A stretch of DNA of 64,000 bases from Patescibacteria group bacterium (GTDB lineage: Bacteria > Patescibacteriota > Patescibacteriia > UBA1558 > GWA2-36-10), in the NCBI GenBank assembly GCA_028718865.1, contig JAQUKX010000001.1:67-64066 (forward strand), written 5' to 3'. Shown one piece after another: positions 28,300-38,959 of the stretch (position 1 is its first letter; each line of letters starts with the position of its first letter). A program made the position numbers and the translations under genes. The notes beneath the pieces were generated by a model, which did not search any database, had not been told where the DNA came from, and was given only the letters and a program-made list of their open reading frames with translations.

Positions 28300-29451
28300 T
28301 TATATTTTTACAAAATTAATTATATTGTTTACTCTGCTTCCCCAACTATACTCTTTTACTTTACAATAAGCTCCAGCAGCTAATTTTTCGCTTGAATTCT
28401 GATTATTGTACAAGTATAATATTTTTTCCGCTAAATTACTAGGATTATCCGGCTGGCAAAATAAACAATTTTCTTCATCTAGTATTTCTTTAATTGCCGG
28501 CAAATCAGAAGCTATTATCGGTCTATAGCTAGCCATATACTCAAACATCTTTAGAGGTGACATATAATAAGCATAATGCTGACTATAGGGGAAAGGCATA
28601 AGCAAAATATCAAAAGCTTTTTGATAAATAGGCAAATCAATAATACTCACTTTGGTAAGTAGTTTAATCTGATCAACCACCCCTTCTTCTTTGGCTAAAT
28701 TTTCATAAAAATCAATATCTGCTTGACTACCGCCTACTGCCCAAAAATAAATCTCTTGTTTTTTATCTTGCAAAATTCTTATAGCTTTAATTATGTCAGT
28801 TATTCCCTTATCTTCTCCCATGGTCTTAAAACTTCCAGTATAAGCGACTATTTTCAGATCTTGCCTAATCCCTAGTTTTTTTCTGGCTTCGTCTTTGCTC
28901 ATTTCAATATCAAATATTTTCAAATCTACTCCATCATGGGCTACCAAAATTTTCCCGGACGAAAAACCATTTTTAATAAATATATTTTTTAAATAATTTG
29001 TGGTTGTAACAATATAATCCGATTTTTTAGCCAAAAATTTAAAAAACCAAGTTTTGTTAATAGGCCAAGAATGACACTCATAAACGGTTTTATGCCCTCT
29101 AAGAGAAAATAGAAAAACAATTTCTGCACCTCTGCTAAAAACAAGATTGTCTTTCGGCAATCTAACAAAAAACAACCTGATTAAATAAAATAAATTTTGC
29201 AAATAAACCGCAAATTTACCAAATATGCTGTTATAATTTATAAAATCAAAACTTTTCAGGTATTTTATTTTAAAATTTTTGTCTAAACCATAAAAAGAAA
29301 AAAGGTCTTCTTTTATTTCATTTTTTCTAGTCGGCACTATTAGCTCTACCTCATGTCCGGCTCGGGCAAATTCCTCGCACATTTTAGCTATCTGGTAGCC
29401 ATGAGCTTTTTCCGTGGGAATCCTGATATTTGTTATATAGCTTATTTTCAT
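28300..29451 (-). CDS. Glycosyltransferase family 4
   Basis: HDGVD, SPLKMFEYMASYRPIIASDLP. Confidence 0.9.
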   Translation of the reverse strand: MKISYITNIRIPTEKAHGYQIAKMCEEFARAGHEVELIVPTRKNEIKEDLFSFYGLDKNFKIKYLKSFDFINYNSIFGKFAVYLQNLFYLIRLFFVRLPKDNLVFSRGAEIVFLFSLRGHKTVYECHSWPINKTWFFKFLAKKSDYIVTTTNYLKNIFIKNGFSSGKILVAHDGVDLKIFDIEMSKDEARKKLGIRQDLKIVAYTGSFKTMGEDKGITDIIKAIRILQDKKQEIYFWAVGGSQADIDFYENLAKEEGVVDQIKLLTKVSIIDLPIYQKAFDILLMPFPYSQHYAYYMSPLKMFEYMASYRPIIASDLPAIKEILDEENCLFCQPDNPSNLAEKILYLYNNQNSSEKLAAGAYCKVKEYSWGSRVNNIINFVKI

Positions 29452-29457
29452 GGATTT

Positions 29458-31299
29458 TTATTTAAATAGCTTATACCAAATCTGAAAAGTAATCAATGAC
29501 CAAATAGTATTGAGAGCATATTCTTTTTTCTCCATATGATTATCCAAAATTAGCTTTATTTCATCAAAATCAAAAAAATCTCTAGTGTCGGGATTATAAT
29601 CTGGCGACAATATTTCATAAGCCGTTTCTTTTAATCCTGTTCTAAGCCATTTGGCAGCTGGAGAAAACCAACCGGTCTTAGGCTTATTATATAAATAATC
29701 AGGTAAATATTCCCTTACTGCCTCCTTAAAAATCCTTTTACCTTGCTCTTTAGTGCCCAACTTATACTTAGCGGGAATAGAAAAAGCCAAATCTACCAAC
29801 TCTTTATCCAAAAAAGGTACTCTTTGCTCCAGCGCAAAAGCCATTGACAGTTTATCAGATTTGGCAAAAGATTCATCAGTCAGCCAGGTGCTAAGATCTA
29901 CTCTCATCAAATAGTCAGCATAATTCTTAAAAGGTCGCCCAAAATGCCTCTGGTTTATAATCTCCCTGCTTTTAGACAAATTATTGATATCTGCTTTCAA
30001 AAATCTTTTTACCATTTCCTCTTTTTGAGCACTAAACTGCCAAAACAAATCCAAACCACTTTGAGCATTGAGTTTCTTATACTCCTTTTCCTTATTCAAG
30101 CTTCTAGCCAAAGATTCCGCTAGCTTATTTTCTCTTATTATTTTTGGCAACTTTTGCCAGCTATCCACTAAGTTATAAAAATAATATCTCTGATAACCGC
30201 CGAATAATTCATCGCCGCCATCACCACCTAAAACAACGTCAACCTGCTTTTTAGCCTCTTTGGATAAAAGATAAGTGGCTACTTGCGTATGGTTGGACAC
30301 GAGTTCATCCATTTGATAAACCACTTTTTCTATATTTTCCGCCACATCCTTGGCCGAAACCAATAATTCATAATGCTCTGTCTGATAATATTGGCTATTC
30401 TTCCTAGCCAGCTGGCTATCTGCATTGAATTTTTCCTCTTCTAGATCAATATCAAATTTGACAGTAAAAGTTTTTATTTTATGACTCACTATTTTAGACA
30501 TTGAGCCCAAAATAGCAGTAGAGTCAACTCCACCACTTAGAAACAAGCCCAAAGGCCTGTCAGATATCAATTGTCTTTTGACTGCTGCATCAAATTTCTC
30601 TCTAATTGTTTTTTTGGCTTGATCATAAGAATAATTGGCTATCTCCGGTAATTGATAATAATTTTTGATAAATAATTTTCCTTTTTCCAAAATCAAATAA
30701 TTTCCAGCGGACAATTTCTTTATATGCTTAAACATTGTCAAAGGAGCGCTGATATACAAAAATCTAAAATAAAGATTAAGAGCGTCAAAATCCAAATCCT
30801 TTTCTATTTTATGCTCCAAAATTGCTTTTATTTCTGAAGAGAAAATAAATTTGCCATTTTTAAAATAATAAAAAAACGGCTTTATTCCAAAATGATCACG
30901 AGCGGCAAAAAGCTTATTTCTTTTTTTATCCCAAATAGCCAAAGCAAAAATGCCATTAAATTTTTGCAAACAGCTTTCGCCATAAGCAATATAAGCGTTT
31001 AAAATAACCTCCGTATCTGTATTGGAAAAAAAATTATAACCCTTGTCTAAAAGGTCTTTTTTTATTTCCTGAAAATTATAAAGCTCGCCATTATAGGTAA
31101 TAATATAATTGCCATCTTTACTTATCATAGGTTGATGCCCGGAAGAGGACAAATCTATTATGGATAATCTATTGTGCCCCAAAGATATCCCTTTATCTAT
31201 GAAAACACCCTGGTCATCAGGACCGCGATATTTGATTTTTTCATTCATCCGCTCTATCAATCCTTGGTCGGCAAAATTAAATCCGTTTACTCCGCACAT
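29458..31299 (-). CDS. asnB: Asparagine synthase (glutamine-hydrolysing)-family amidotransferase
   Basis: N-terminal MCG, RGPDD, RLSIIDL, NGELYN, LSGGVDS, GDGGDELFGGY, RVPFLD. Confidence 0.93.
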   Translation of the reverse strand: MCGVNGFNFADQGLIERMNEKIKYRGPDDQGVFIDKGISLGHNRLSIIDLSSSGHQPMISKDGNYIITYNGELYNFQEIKKDLLDKGYNFFSNTDTEVILNAYIAYGESCLQKFNGIFALAIWDKKRNKLFAARDHFGIKPFFYYFKNGKFIFSSEIKAILEHKIEKDLDFDALNLYFRFLYISAPLTMFKHIKKLSAGNYLILEKGKLFIKNYYQLPEIANYSYDQAKKTIREKFDAAVKRQLISDRPLGLFLSGGVDSTAILGSMSKIVSHKIKTFTVKFDIDLEEEKFNADSQLARKNSQYYQTEHYELLVSAKDVAENIEKVVYQMDELVSNHTQVATYLLSKEAKKQVDVVLGGDGGDELFGGYQRYYFYNLVDSWQKLPKIIRENKLAESLARSLNKEKEYKKLNAQSGLDLFWQFSAQKEEMVKRFLKADINNLSKSREIINQRHFGRPFKNYADYLMRVDLSTWLTDESFAKSDKLSMAFALEQRVPFLDKELVDLAFSIPAKYKLGTKEQGKRIFKEAVREYLPDYLYNKPKTGWFSPAAKWLRTGLKETAYEILSPDYNPDTRDFFDFDEIKLILDNHMEKKEYALNTIWSLITFQIWYKLFK

Positions 31300-31923
31300 T
31301 TATTTTTTCTTTAAAATAAAAAAATGATGGTAAGGGGACTCAAAAGCAATATTGTCTTTTACTAGCTCCAGACCAGCTTTTTGGATATGCTTTTTTATTC
31401 TTTTAAGCGGATAATTTTTTTTTCCTATTTCCCAATAATGCTCCCCTCTGAACTGATGAGCAATGGGTTTTTTATCAAACTTGTATTGCCATTTTTTGTA
31501 GCCAATTTTTGGAAGAAAAATTTTAAAGGAAAAATGACGCCCCCAATGCGGCAAGCTTAACAGTATATATTTTTTACTTACTCTTTTAAGTTCCGCTATA
31601 GCCTGATCAAAATCTTCAAAGGGTAAATGCTCTAGTACTTCAAAAGCACAGACCAAATCAAAACTATTATCAGCCAACGGTAATTTTCTTACATCTCCCA
31701 AAATATCCGGCGATAAATCTTCAGCTATATCTACGTTTTTATAATTTATCGTAGTGTTGTTTTTCAAATAGCTAGCCAAAACTTTATCGCCTACACCTAT
31801 TTCCAAAACTTCAGCCGGCTGCAAAGCTAGAATTTCTTTGATCTGATACCAATAGCTACTCCATCTATCCAAAGTAACATAAGAAGAAAAATTATAATGC
31901 TCTTTATCTACTTGCTTATTCAT
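31300..31923 (-). CDS. Class I SAM-dependent methyltransferase (type 11)
   Basis: VLEIGVG, LPLADNSFDLV, EVLEHLP. Confidence 0.88.
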   Translation of the reverse strand: MNKQVDKEHYNFSSYVTLDRWSSYWYQIKEILALQPAEVLEIGVGDKVLASYLKNNTTINYKNVDIAEDLSPDILGDVRKLPLADNSFDLVCAFEVLEHLPFEDFDQAIAELKRVSKKYILLSLPHWGRHFSFKIFLPKIGYKKWQYKFDKKPIAHQFRGEHYWEIGKKNYPLKRIKKHIQKAGLELVKDNIAFESPYHHFFILKKK

Positions 31924-32981
31924 TTATATTCTTTTAATATTTTTTCCACCAAAATTCCTATTTCATGGTTATTGGCCACTAGCTCCCTCAATTTCTTCCC
32001 CAATAATCTTCTTTCTTTTTTATCTTTGTTGATAAGAAAAATAATTTTGTCAGCCAGTCCCATTATATCATCTTTTTCATAACCCAGATAATCTTTATAA
32101 TCCGACAAAACATCATTTTTAACTGCATCATTATTTGACAAAACCAAGGTGCCACAAGCCATTGCCTCTAAAGACACTTTGTCCAAACCCCCTTCTTGGC
32201 ACATATGGACCAACAAATTTGCTCCTCTGAAATATTTTACCACTTGATCATTACTCACCGGCCCGACAAAAGAAACAATGTCTGACAATCCTTTTTCTCT
32301 GGCCATTGTTTTTATTTGCTCAAAATAATTTTCATCTGCCGTCATAACTGGGCCGCCGACAATATTAACAAAAATTTTCTTATTTATTTTTCTTTGCTTG
32401 ATTATTACCAAAGCTTCTATTAATTGTTCATATTTTTTTATCGGCGATATTCTGCCAACTGTCAAAATATTAAAAACATCATTGTCTTCAACTTGCTTGT
32501 CTTTTGGACTGAATTTTTCCGTATCTATGCCATGACCCATTACTTTTAATTTTTTGCTTTGCAAACGAAAACTACTATCTGAAGCGCTAAAAATAATATC
32601 CGTCAATTTTTCCGCTAGCTTCAAACTATTATTTATATTTTTATGGGTATACCACAAGCCGATTTTTTTGTGCATAATTTTCCAAAACCAAGCTCCCAAA
32701 ATCACATAAACCTGATTCATATGCACAAAAACATTTTCGTATTCTTTTCTGTATTGCCAGATGTATTTATAAAACCTAAAAATATATTTTATCCTTGATA
32801 CTCCGCTTTCTTTGCCCAGAGACAAAACTCGGACATTGTCCGGCAAATCATAATCTCCTTTATAAAGACAAATAACTATCACTTGCGAACAATGCTTGGC
32901 AAATTCTTTGAGCCAATAATGGAAAAATCCCAGTATTGGATCGTCTTTATCAACTTTTTGAGTCAAGATCAAAAGTTTCAT
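31920..32981 (-). CDS. Glycosyltransferase family 4
   Basis: HGIDT, VGRISPIK, LEAMACG; ATG at 32981 gives an ATGA overlap with the upstream stop. Confidence 0.9.
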   Translation of the reverse strand: MKLLILTQKVDKDDPILGFFHYWLKEFAKHCSQVIVICLYKGDYDLPDNVRVLSLGKESGVSRIKYIFRFYKYIWQYRKEYENVFVHMNQVYVILGAWFWKIMHKKIGLWYTHKNINNSLKLAEKLTDIIFSASDSSFRLQSKKLKVMGHGIDTEKFSPKDKQVEDNDVFNILTVGRISPIKKYEQLIEALVIIKQRKINKKIFVNIVGGPVMTADENYFEQIKTMAREKGLSDIVSFVGPVSNDQVVKYFRGANLLVHMCQEGGLDKVSLEAMACGTLVLSNNDAVKNDVLSDYKDYLGYEKDDIMGLADKIIFLINKDKKERRLLGKKLRELVANNHEIGILVEKILKEYK

Positions 32982-34057
32982 AAAATACTTTGCCAATTAT
33001 TTATAGTTGCTTCTCTTAGCTCCTCTCGGCTAGCAATCTTTTGGACAAAAAATTGAGTATTAGCCCCTAGCTTAGCAATCAGAACTCTATCTTTGACTAC
33101 TCTTTCCATAGCTTGAGTCAAAAGATCTAGGTTTCCTACTGGCACTATCAAGGCGTTTTTTTCATTTTCCGTTAGATAGCCGGCACAGCCCACATCCGTC
33201 ATTATCACCGGTAAACCAGCTACTACTGCTTCCGCTACAGCCACCCCATAACCCTCACTATCGGAACTAAGCAAAAAACAATCAGCTGTCTGATAAAATC
33301 CGGCCAAATTCTCCTGCCACAGAGCAAATTCAATTCTATCTTTGACTCTCAATTTTACAGCCAATTCCATCAGTTCCTGTCTTTGCGGTCCATCGCCCAC
33401 TATTACTAATTTTACTTTTTCCTCTTTGGGCAATTTAGCCAAAGCTTGAATTTGTAAAGCAATATTTTTGACTGGCACTAGCCGAGAAACAGTTAAAAAA
33501 ATAAAATGACCAGGATATTTTTGTTTTAAATCAATCTCAATTTTTTCTTTAACTATTCTTTCTCTATCCACAAAAACCGGCAAAACATAAATTTTATTTT
33601 TGTCTATTTTATAATCCTCTGTCAATTGGTGGGCTAGACGATGACTGACTGTCCTTATTTTATCCGCCTGCTTGATTGCCCGCTTAAATAAATATCTACG
33701 TAAAAAATTATTTTTTTCAAAGCCGTGTACCTGAATTTCCAATTTCAAGCCAAAACGCTTAGCAATCATGCCTCCCAAACAAGCCAAATAGGCCGTATCC
33801 TGAACTGTTAGTAAATCAAATTTTTCTTTTTTTAATATTTTGTTTAAAAAATTATAGATATTTTTCCAAGCCAAAAACTTATTGGCTCCGCTTATTCCTA
33901 TTGATCTTACTTTGGAGGCCAGTTGAGTTTCATTATTTTTTCCTGGCACTACTATCAAATATTTTTCCAATCTTTCCCCAACAAAAATAGCTCGCTTAGC
34001 TACTGCCGAGCCAGCATCAAGAATTCTATTGTCTAGTCCTAAAGATAAAACTTTCAT
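32978..34057 (-). CDS. Glycosyltransferase family 4
   Basis: VSRLVPVKN, IVGDGP, EGYGVAVAEA...PVIMTDVG. Confidence 0.9.
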   Translation of the reverse strand: MKVLSLGLDNRILDAGSAVAKRAIFVGERLEKYLIVVPGKNNETQLASKVRSIGISGANKFLAWKNIYNFLNKILKKEKFDLLTVQDTAYLACLGGMIAKRFGLKLEIQVHGFEKNNFLRRYLFKRAIKQADKIRTVSHRLAHQLTEDYKIDKNKIYVLPVFVDRERIVKEKIEIDLKQKYPGHFIFLTVSRLVPVKNIALQIQALAKLPKEEKVKLVIVGDGPQRQELMELAVKLRVKDRIEFALWQENLAGFYQTADCFLLSSDSEGYGVAVAEAVVAGLPVIMTDVGCAGYLTENEKNALIVPVGNLDLLTQAMERVVKDRVLIAKLGANTQFFVQKIASREELREATINNWQSIL

Positions 34058-35169
34058 AATTGGGAAAATATTTTTATAGTATCCAGCCCCGCTTTTTGAT
34101 AATCATAATCATAATTAAGGCTGCTAATTGTTTTTTGATAATCATCATAATTATTCTTATCCAAAAGATATTCTATTTTCTCGCTCATTTCTCTGATATT
34201 TTTGGGATCAAAAGTGATGATTTTATCTACCAGCCAATCAAAACCAATTTCTTGAGAGCTGATAAAAGGAATCTGACTGTCTAGACATTCCAACATAGTG
34301 TTGGGACTAATATCCGTCAGACTAGGAAAAACAACCAAATAAGCACTAGCCAGTCTTTGCCTGAGATCTAAGCGCGACAGCTTGCCTTCTAGGCGAATGT
34401 TTTTTATAGCCAGTCGGCTGATTATTTCCTCTATTTTTTCTTGCAAAGGCCCCTCACCTATCAAAACCAGCTGATAATCTTTATCTTTTATATTAGTAAA
34501 TGCTGCTATCAAATTTATAATATTATTTTTATTGATAAAACGACCAGCGAAAATAATTTCTTTGTTGGGCTCTTCTTTTTTGACAATGGCATTAATAATA
34601 GATGGCGGATTGGGTACCACAAAAAGTCTCTTGGAGTCTAGCTGATAGAACTTGGCAAATATTTCTTTTTGAAAATTAGTGGTAAAGATAATACCTTGAG
34701 CTCTACGCAAAACCCATTTGATTATTTTGAGTCTTATTTTTTGTTTTTTATAAATCCCCTTTTCATAAAACTCCCGCAAAGTCAGCATCTCCTGACTCTC
34801 ATCTAGATACTTTTCCCAAAGAAAATCACCACCCGTTCTGATAAATAGCGTCTTTTTGTAAAAACGACAAAATAAAACAGCTGGCAGTCCAGCGCTCAAA
34901 TAATCAAAAGCATATATTATATCCGCGTCTTTGGCTGTTTTAACCAAAGCTTTATAATACCTGAAATAATTCAAAATTTTATTACTCCGCTTGATTCTAA
35001 AAAGCGGATAAGTAAGCCCTTTATCAAAATCATATTTATCTTTATCAGAATAAGTCAAAACACTGACTCGGTGGCCAAGTTTGATAAATTCTTGAGCAAT
35101 GTTGGGAGCATAAGTAGCTGGCCCACCTAGCTCAGGAATAAATATACCTGTAGCAATAATTATTTTCAT
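34054..35169 (-). CDS. Glycosyltransferase family 4
   Basis: PELGGPATY, FAGRF, IGEGP, PSLTDISPNTMLE. Confidence 0.88.
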   Translation of the reverse strand: MKIIIATGIFIPELGGPATYAPNIAQEFIKLGHRVSVLTYSDKDKYDFDKGLTYPLFRIKRSNKILNYFRYYKALVKTAKDADIIYAFDYLSAGLPAVLFCRFYKKTLFIRTGGDFLWEKYLDESQEMLTLREFYEKGIYKKQKIRLKIIKWVLRRAQGIIFTTNFQKEIFAKFYQLDSKRLFVVPNPPSIINAIVKKEEPNKEIIFAGRFINKNNIINLIAAFTNIKDKDYQLVLIGEGPLQEKIEEIISRLAIKNIRLEGKLSRLDLRQRLASAYLVVFPSLTDISPNTMLECLDSQIPFISSQEIGFDWLVDKIITFDPKNIREMSEKIEYLLDKNNYDDYQKTISSLNYDYDYQKAGLDTIKIFSQL

Positions 35170-35195
35170 ATTTTATATAATTTTATCATTCCTTT

Positions 35196-35427
35196 TGTCA
35201 TTCTGGAGCGAGCGTAGCGAGCGATAGAATCTACCATTGTCCTTACCTCAAAGCATCGAGCGATAGAATCCTTCTGTCATTCCCGATTTTTTATGTCATT
35301 CCCGCGAAAGCGGGAATCTACTTTGAGATGAGTAAGAGCTAGATTCCGGCTCGGGGGCCGGAATGACAAGAAAAAAACCTGTCATTCCCGTCCCCGCCTT
35401 CGCGGGGATAAACTCCAGCGGGAATCT
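35196..35427 (+). repeat. REP-like repeat cluster 2 (mosaic of hairpin subfamilies)
   Basis: G.A-type copy at 35196; TGTCATTCCCGCGAAAGCGGGAATCT at 35294; inverted AGATTCCGGCTCGGGGGCCGGAATGACA at 35341; nested variant at 35380-35427. Confidence 0.9.
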
Positions 35428-36529
35428 ACGCCCTCTCATACAACTCCCTAACTTGATCAATTATTGGCTGCCAATCATATTTCCGAACACTGACACTAGC
35501 TCTGGCTGACAATTGTTTTCTCAACTCCTCATCTTTGAGTAATTTAACTATCGCCTCTGTTATTTGCTCAGAATTCTTTGCTTCCACCAAGAGCCCATTT
35601 TCATTGTCCTGTATTACATCGGGAATACCACCCACTCTGGTGCCTATTACCGGCGCTCCACAAGCTTGAGCTTCTATAAACACTATCCCCAATCCTTCAG
35701 CCAAAGACGGGCAAATAAATACTTCAGCGCTGGCCAACTGTTCTAGAGCTTCTTGATGAGGCAAGGCACCTTTTAACTCTACGCTTCCAGCTATATTCAA
35801 CTCTTTGATCAGATCTTCTATTTCCTTTCTTTTGTCCCCTTCTCCTACCAAAACCAATTTAGCTTCCGGTACTTGTGAAATTACTCCTGGCCAAGCCTTG
35901 ACCAAATAATCCAGTCCTTTTTCCCAAGACAAGCGCGCCAGACAAACCACCTTGTTTTTTTCCTGAATTATGCCTTGAGGCACTTTGGAAAAATCAACAC
36001 CGTTGGGTATCAGCTGAATTTTTTCATCCGCTACTCCCAATCGTCTAGCTCTGTCGGCCAAAAAACTACTAATAGCAGTAATCCTATCCGGGCTTTTGTG
36101 AATACTTTTCCAAAAAAACCGAATAAGAAACTTTTTTTGTTTCTTGGGATCATCTAGATCACCACTTTGCAAAGTCAATATTCGCTTGGCTTTTTTATAA
36201 AAATATTTACTAAAAACCAAAGCAATGCCAGCATAACTTTCCATAATGGCATGAATTATCTTTGGTTTTATTTTTATAATCGGCCGATTAGCCAAAAGCG
36301 GAAACAAGGCCTTGTCTATCTGTTTATGGCCTATGCCTACGCGGATTATTTTAAAATTTTTCCGCTCTTCTTCTTTGGGCAAATTTTTATCTAATCTGGC
36401 TGTCACCAAGCTAATCTCATAAACATCTCCTAATCTTTCTACTAGCTCCTTGACCATTTGTTCGGCGCCAGAAATAAAAGGATCATAGAAAGCCGACAAA
36501 ACAACGATTTTAGTTTTGCTTACTGGCAT
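35426..36529 (-). CDS. Glycosyltransferase family 4
   Basis: SGAE, IPNGVD, ARLSWEKG, EGLGIVFIEAQACGAPVIGTRVGG. Confidence 0.93.
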   Translation of the reverse strand: MPVSKTKIVVLSAFYDPFISGAEQMVKELVERLGDVYEISLVTARLDKNLPKEEERKNFKIIRVGIGHKQIDKALFPLLANRPIIKIKPKIIHAIMESYAGIALVFSKYFYKKAKRILTLQSGDLDDPKKQKKFLIRFFWKSIHKSPDRITAISSFLADRARRLGVADEKIQLIPNGVDFSKVPQGIIQEKNKVVCLARLSWEKGLDYLVKAWPGVISQVPEAKLVLVGEGDKRKEIEDLIKELNIAGSVELKGALPHQEALEQLASAEVFICPSLAEGLGIVFIEAQACGAPVIGTRVGGIPDVIQDNENGLLVEAKNSEQITEAIVKLLKDEELRKQLSARASVSVRKYDWQPIIDQVRELYERA

Positions 36530-37496
36530 AATATTGATAGACTTTTTTTAGATTCTCATCTAGATTATCTTCTATTTTTTCACCCAGTAGTTTTTCCATT
36601 TTACTGACATCTGGACTGCGATATTTGATTTCATAGCCGCGCTCAGGCAAAAACTCCGGCTTGAGATCTTTTCCCCCTATTTTGATAATTTTTTGCGCCA
36701 GTTCCAAGATAGTAGTCTGCCGACCCAAGCCTATATTTATCACCTGGCCGTTGGCCTGATCGCTTAGTAGCGCTTTGACAGCCAAACGGACATTGTCTTT
36801 GACATAGATAAAGTCCCTAGTTTGATACCCTGTGCCAAAAATTATCGGTGGCTGGTTCTGTAAAACTTTTTGGATAAAAATGCCAATGACAAAGCCATAG
36901 TCGGAAGATTCTTGTCTTTCTCCAAAGACATTAAAAAATCGCAAGGAGCAAGTCGGTATGCCATATTGATCATTGTAAACTTTCATCATCTTCTCGCCCA
37001 TCAGTTTGACCAAGGCGTACAAGCTGGTGCTATGGGTCTGATAAGCCAGCTCTTTGCCGTTGTCTTCAGTTAGCGGCATTTCATTGAGAGTGCCGTAGGC
37101 TTCTGAGGAAGAAGCAAAAACCACTTTTTTGATAGCGAACTCTTTGGCCAGAGACAAAATATTTTTAATGCCGACTATGTCATCTAAGACCAAAAGCGGT
37201 TGTTCCATCACCCGTTTTACTCCCAAAACTGCCGCATAGTGAAAAATATAATCAAATTTGTATTTGGCAAAAATCTGATGCAATTCCTCAAAATTATTAA
37301 CATCGCCTTTGATAAATTCAAAGTTGCCAGTAGCTTTGGCTTGCGCCAAATTTTCTTCTTTACCAGTAGAGAGATTGTCTAGAGCCACCACCCTGGCGCC
37401 TTCAGCCAAAAGCTCATCGCAAAGGTGCGAACCGATAAACCCTGCTCCGCCTGTGACCAAAATACTAGCATTTTTCAATTTGTCCATTTTTTCCAT
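36510..37496 (-). CDS. NAD-dependent epimerase/dehydratase
   Basis: VTGGAGFIGSH, ASSSEAYG, YALVK (YxxxK), RFFNVFG, TRDFIYV; ATG at 37496 preferred. Confidence 0.92.
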   Translation of the reverse strand: MEKMDKLKNASILVTGGAGFIGSHLCDELLAEGARVVALDNLSTGKEENLAQAKATGNFEFIKGDVNNFEELHQIFAKYKFDYIFHYAAVLGVKRVMEQPLLVLDDIVGIKNILSLAKEFAIKKVVFASSSEAYGTLNEMPLTEDNGKELAYQTHSTSLYALVKLMGEKMMKVYNDQYGIPTCSLRFFNVFGERQESSDYGFVIGIFIQKVLQNQPPIIFGTGYQTRDFIYVKDNVRLAVKALLSDQANGQVINIGLGRQTTILELAQKIIKIGGKDLKPEFLPERGYEIKYRSPDVSKMEKLLGEKIEDNLDENLKKVYQYYASKQN

Positions 37497-37604
37497 ATTT
37501 TTATGTATTTTATAGCTATAAAACATAATAACAATACAATAAAAAGGCAGAAAAATCAACTAAACAAACATTGAATCCGCCTAGGGAAAAATAAGCAAAA
37601 TATC

Positions 37605-37633
37605 TTGCTTTTAATTGTTTTATTCTATAAAAT
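37605..37633 (+). promoter_or_regulatory. Putative sigma70 promoter
   Basis: TTGCTT-N17-TAAAAT upstream of the gene at 37695. Confidence 0.45.
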
Positions 37634-37694
37634 TATAACAACAATAAAATAATAAATCAATTATTAAATAAGCCAAAATTAGCTAAAAAATAAA

Positions 37695-38882
37695 ATGAAA
37701 AAAGAGTTAAAAGGCAAAAAAATCCTCTATCTTATTACCCAGAGCAAATGGGGCGGCGCCCAGAAATATGTCATTGACCTGGCTCGTCATTTTAGCCAAA
37801 AAAATGAAGTCCATATTGCCTATGGTGAAAGCCGCCAGCTTGACCCTTATTTTGCCCAAGAATGCCAAAAGCTAAAAGTCAAAACTATCCCCCTGCCTTA
37901 CCTTTGCCGCAACATAGATCTGGGCAAGGATTATCTAGCAATGATTGATTTGAGCAAGCTCTTTGGCAAAGAAAGTTATGATTTGATTCATCTCAACAGC
38001 TCCAAAGCCGGCCTGCTGGGCAGTCTGGCCGCCAAATACTATGGTCTCAATTTGCTAAACGCCAAACTGCGCCTGATCTATACTGCTCACGGCTTTGTCT
38101 TCAATGAACCGCTTTCCAAATTCAGAAAAAAAATCTACAAGCTATCGGAAACTTTTTCTACAACTATTCAGCATTTGATTATCGCCGTCTCCGATGCTGA
38201 CCGCCAAAGCGCCATTGAAAATAAAATAACTCATCCCGCCAAAATTTTTACTGTCCACAATGGCTTGGATTTTTCCCAATATGATTTTTATCCAACTGAC
38301 CAAGCCCGACAAAAACTTGGTCTGGAAAAAGATCAAATATACTTCGGTACTATCGCCAGCTTCTACCTTACCAAAGGCCATACTTATCTGCTAGATGCTG
38401 TCAAAGAGCTACGCACTACAAACTGGCCGCTGTTTGACAAATCCGCCTGGGTATTTATCGGCGACGGGCCGGAAAAAGAAAATATCAGCCAAAAAATAAA
38501 AGCCGCGGATTTGCAAGACAAGATAAAAGTTTTTGACCCTTCGCCGGAAGGTGACCACAAATACCTCAAAGCTTTTGATTATTTTATCCTGCCTTCAGTC
38601 AAAGAAGGTTTGCCTTATACTATTTTGGAAGCCGGACTGGCTCAAGTGCCTGTTGTTGCTACCCGAGTCGGTGGCCTGCCAGAGATAATCACTGACAAAA
38701 AAAACGGCCTACTGGCCACTGCTGCCAATCCCCTTTCTCTGGCTGACAAGATAAAAAAAATCAGCGCTGATCAAAAAATGTCGTCAGCTCTGGCTCAGGC
38801 AAATTATCAAAACATCAAAAGCAACTTTTCTCTAGACAAAACCCTATCTCAGACCGAAGAGCTTTATCTGAAGCTGTTTTAA
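37695..38882 (+). CDS. Glycosyltransferase family 4
   Basis: WGGAQ, HLNSSKAG, TAHG, VHNG, EGLPYTILEA...VATRVGG. Confidence 0.93.
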   Translation: MKKELKGKKILYLITQSKWGGAQKYVIDLARHFSQKNEVHIAYGESRQLDPYFAQECQKLKVKTIPLPYLCRNIDLGKDYLAMIDLSKLFGKESYDLIHLNSSKAGLLGSLAAKYYGLNLLNAKLRLIYTAHGFVFNEPLSKFRKKIYKLSETFSTTIQHLIIAVSDADRQSAIENKITHPAKIFTVHNGLDFSQYDFYPTDQARQKLGLEKDQIYFGTIASFYLTKGHTYLLDAVKELRTTNWPLFDKSAWVFIGDGPEKENISQKIKAADLQDKIKVFDPSPEGDHKYLKAFDYFILPSVKEGLPYTILEAGLAQVPVVATRVGGLPEIITDKKNGLLATAANPLSLADKIKKISADQKMSSALAQANYQNIKSNFSLDKTLSQTEELYLKLF

Positions 38883-38959
38883 TTAAGCAAGGTCACAACC
38901 AACGACCAAAAATAAGTAAAATTAAGAAGAAAAACCGCCCAGAGGGCGACAAAAAAGCG

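Noticed and set aside
23223-36529. Poly-A/T runs of 8-9 nt in glycan genes as phase-variation tracts
   Set aside because: Expected at this AT content; all ORFs are in frame and there are no long poly-G/C tracts
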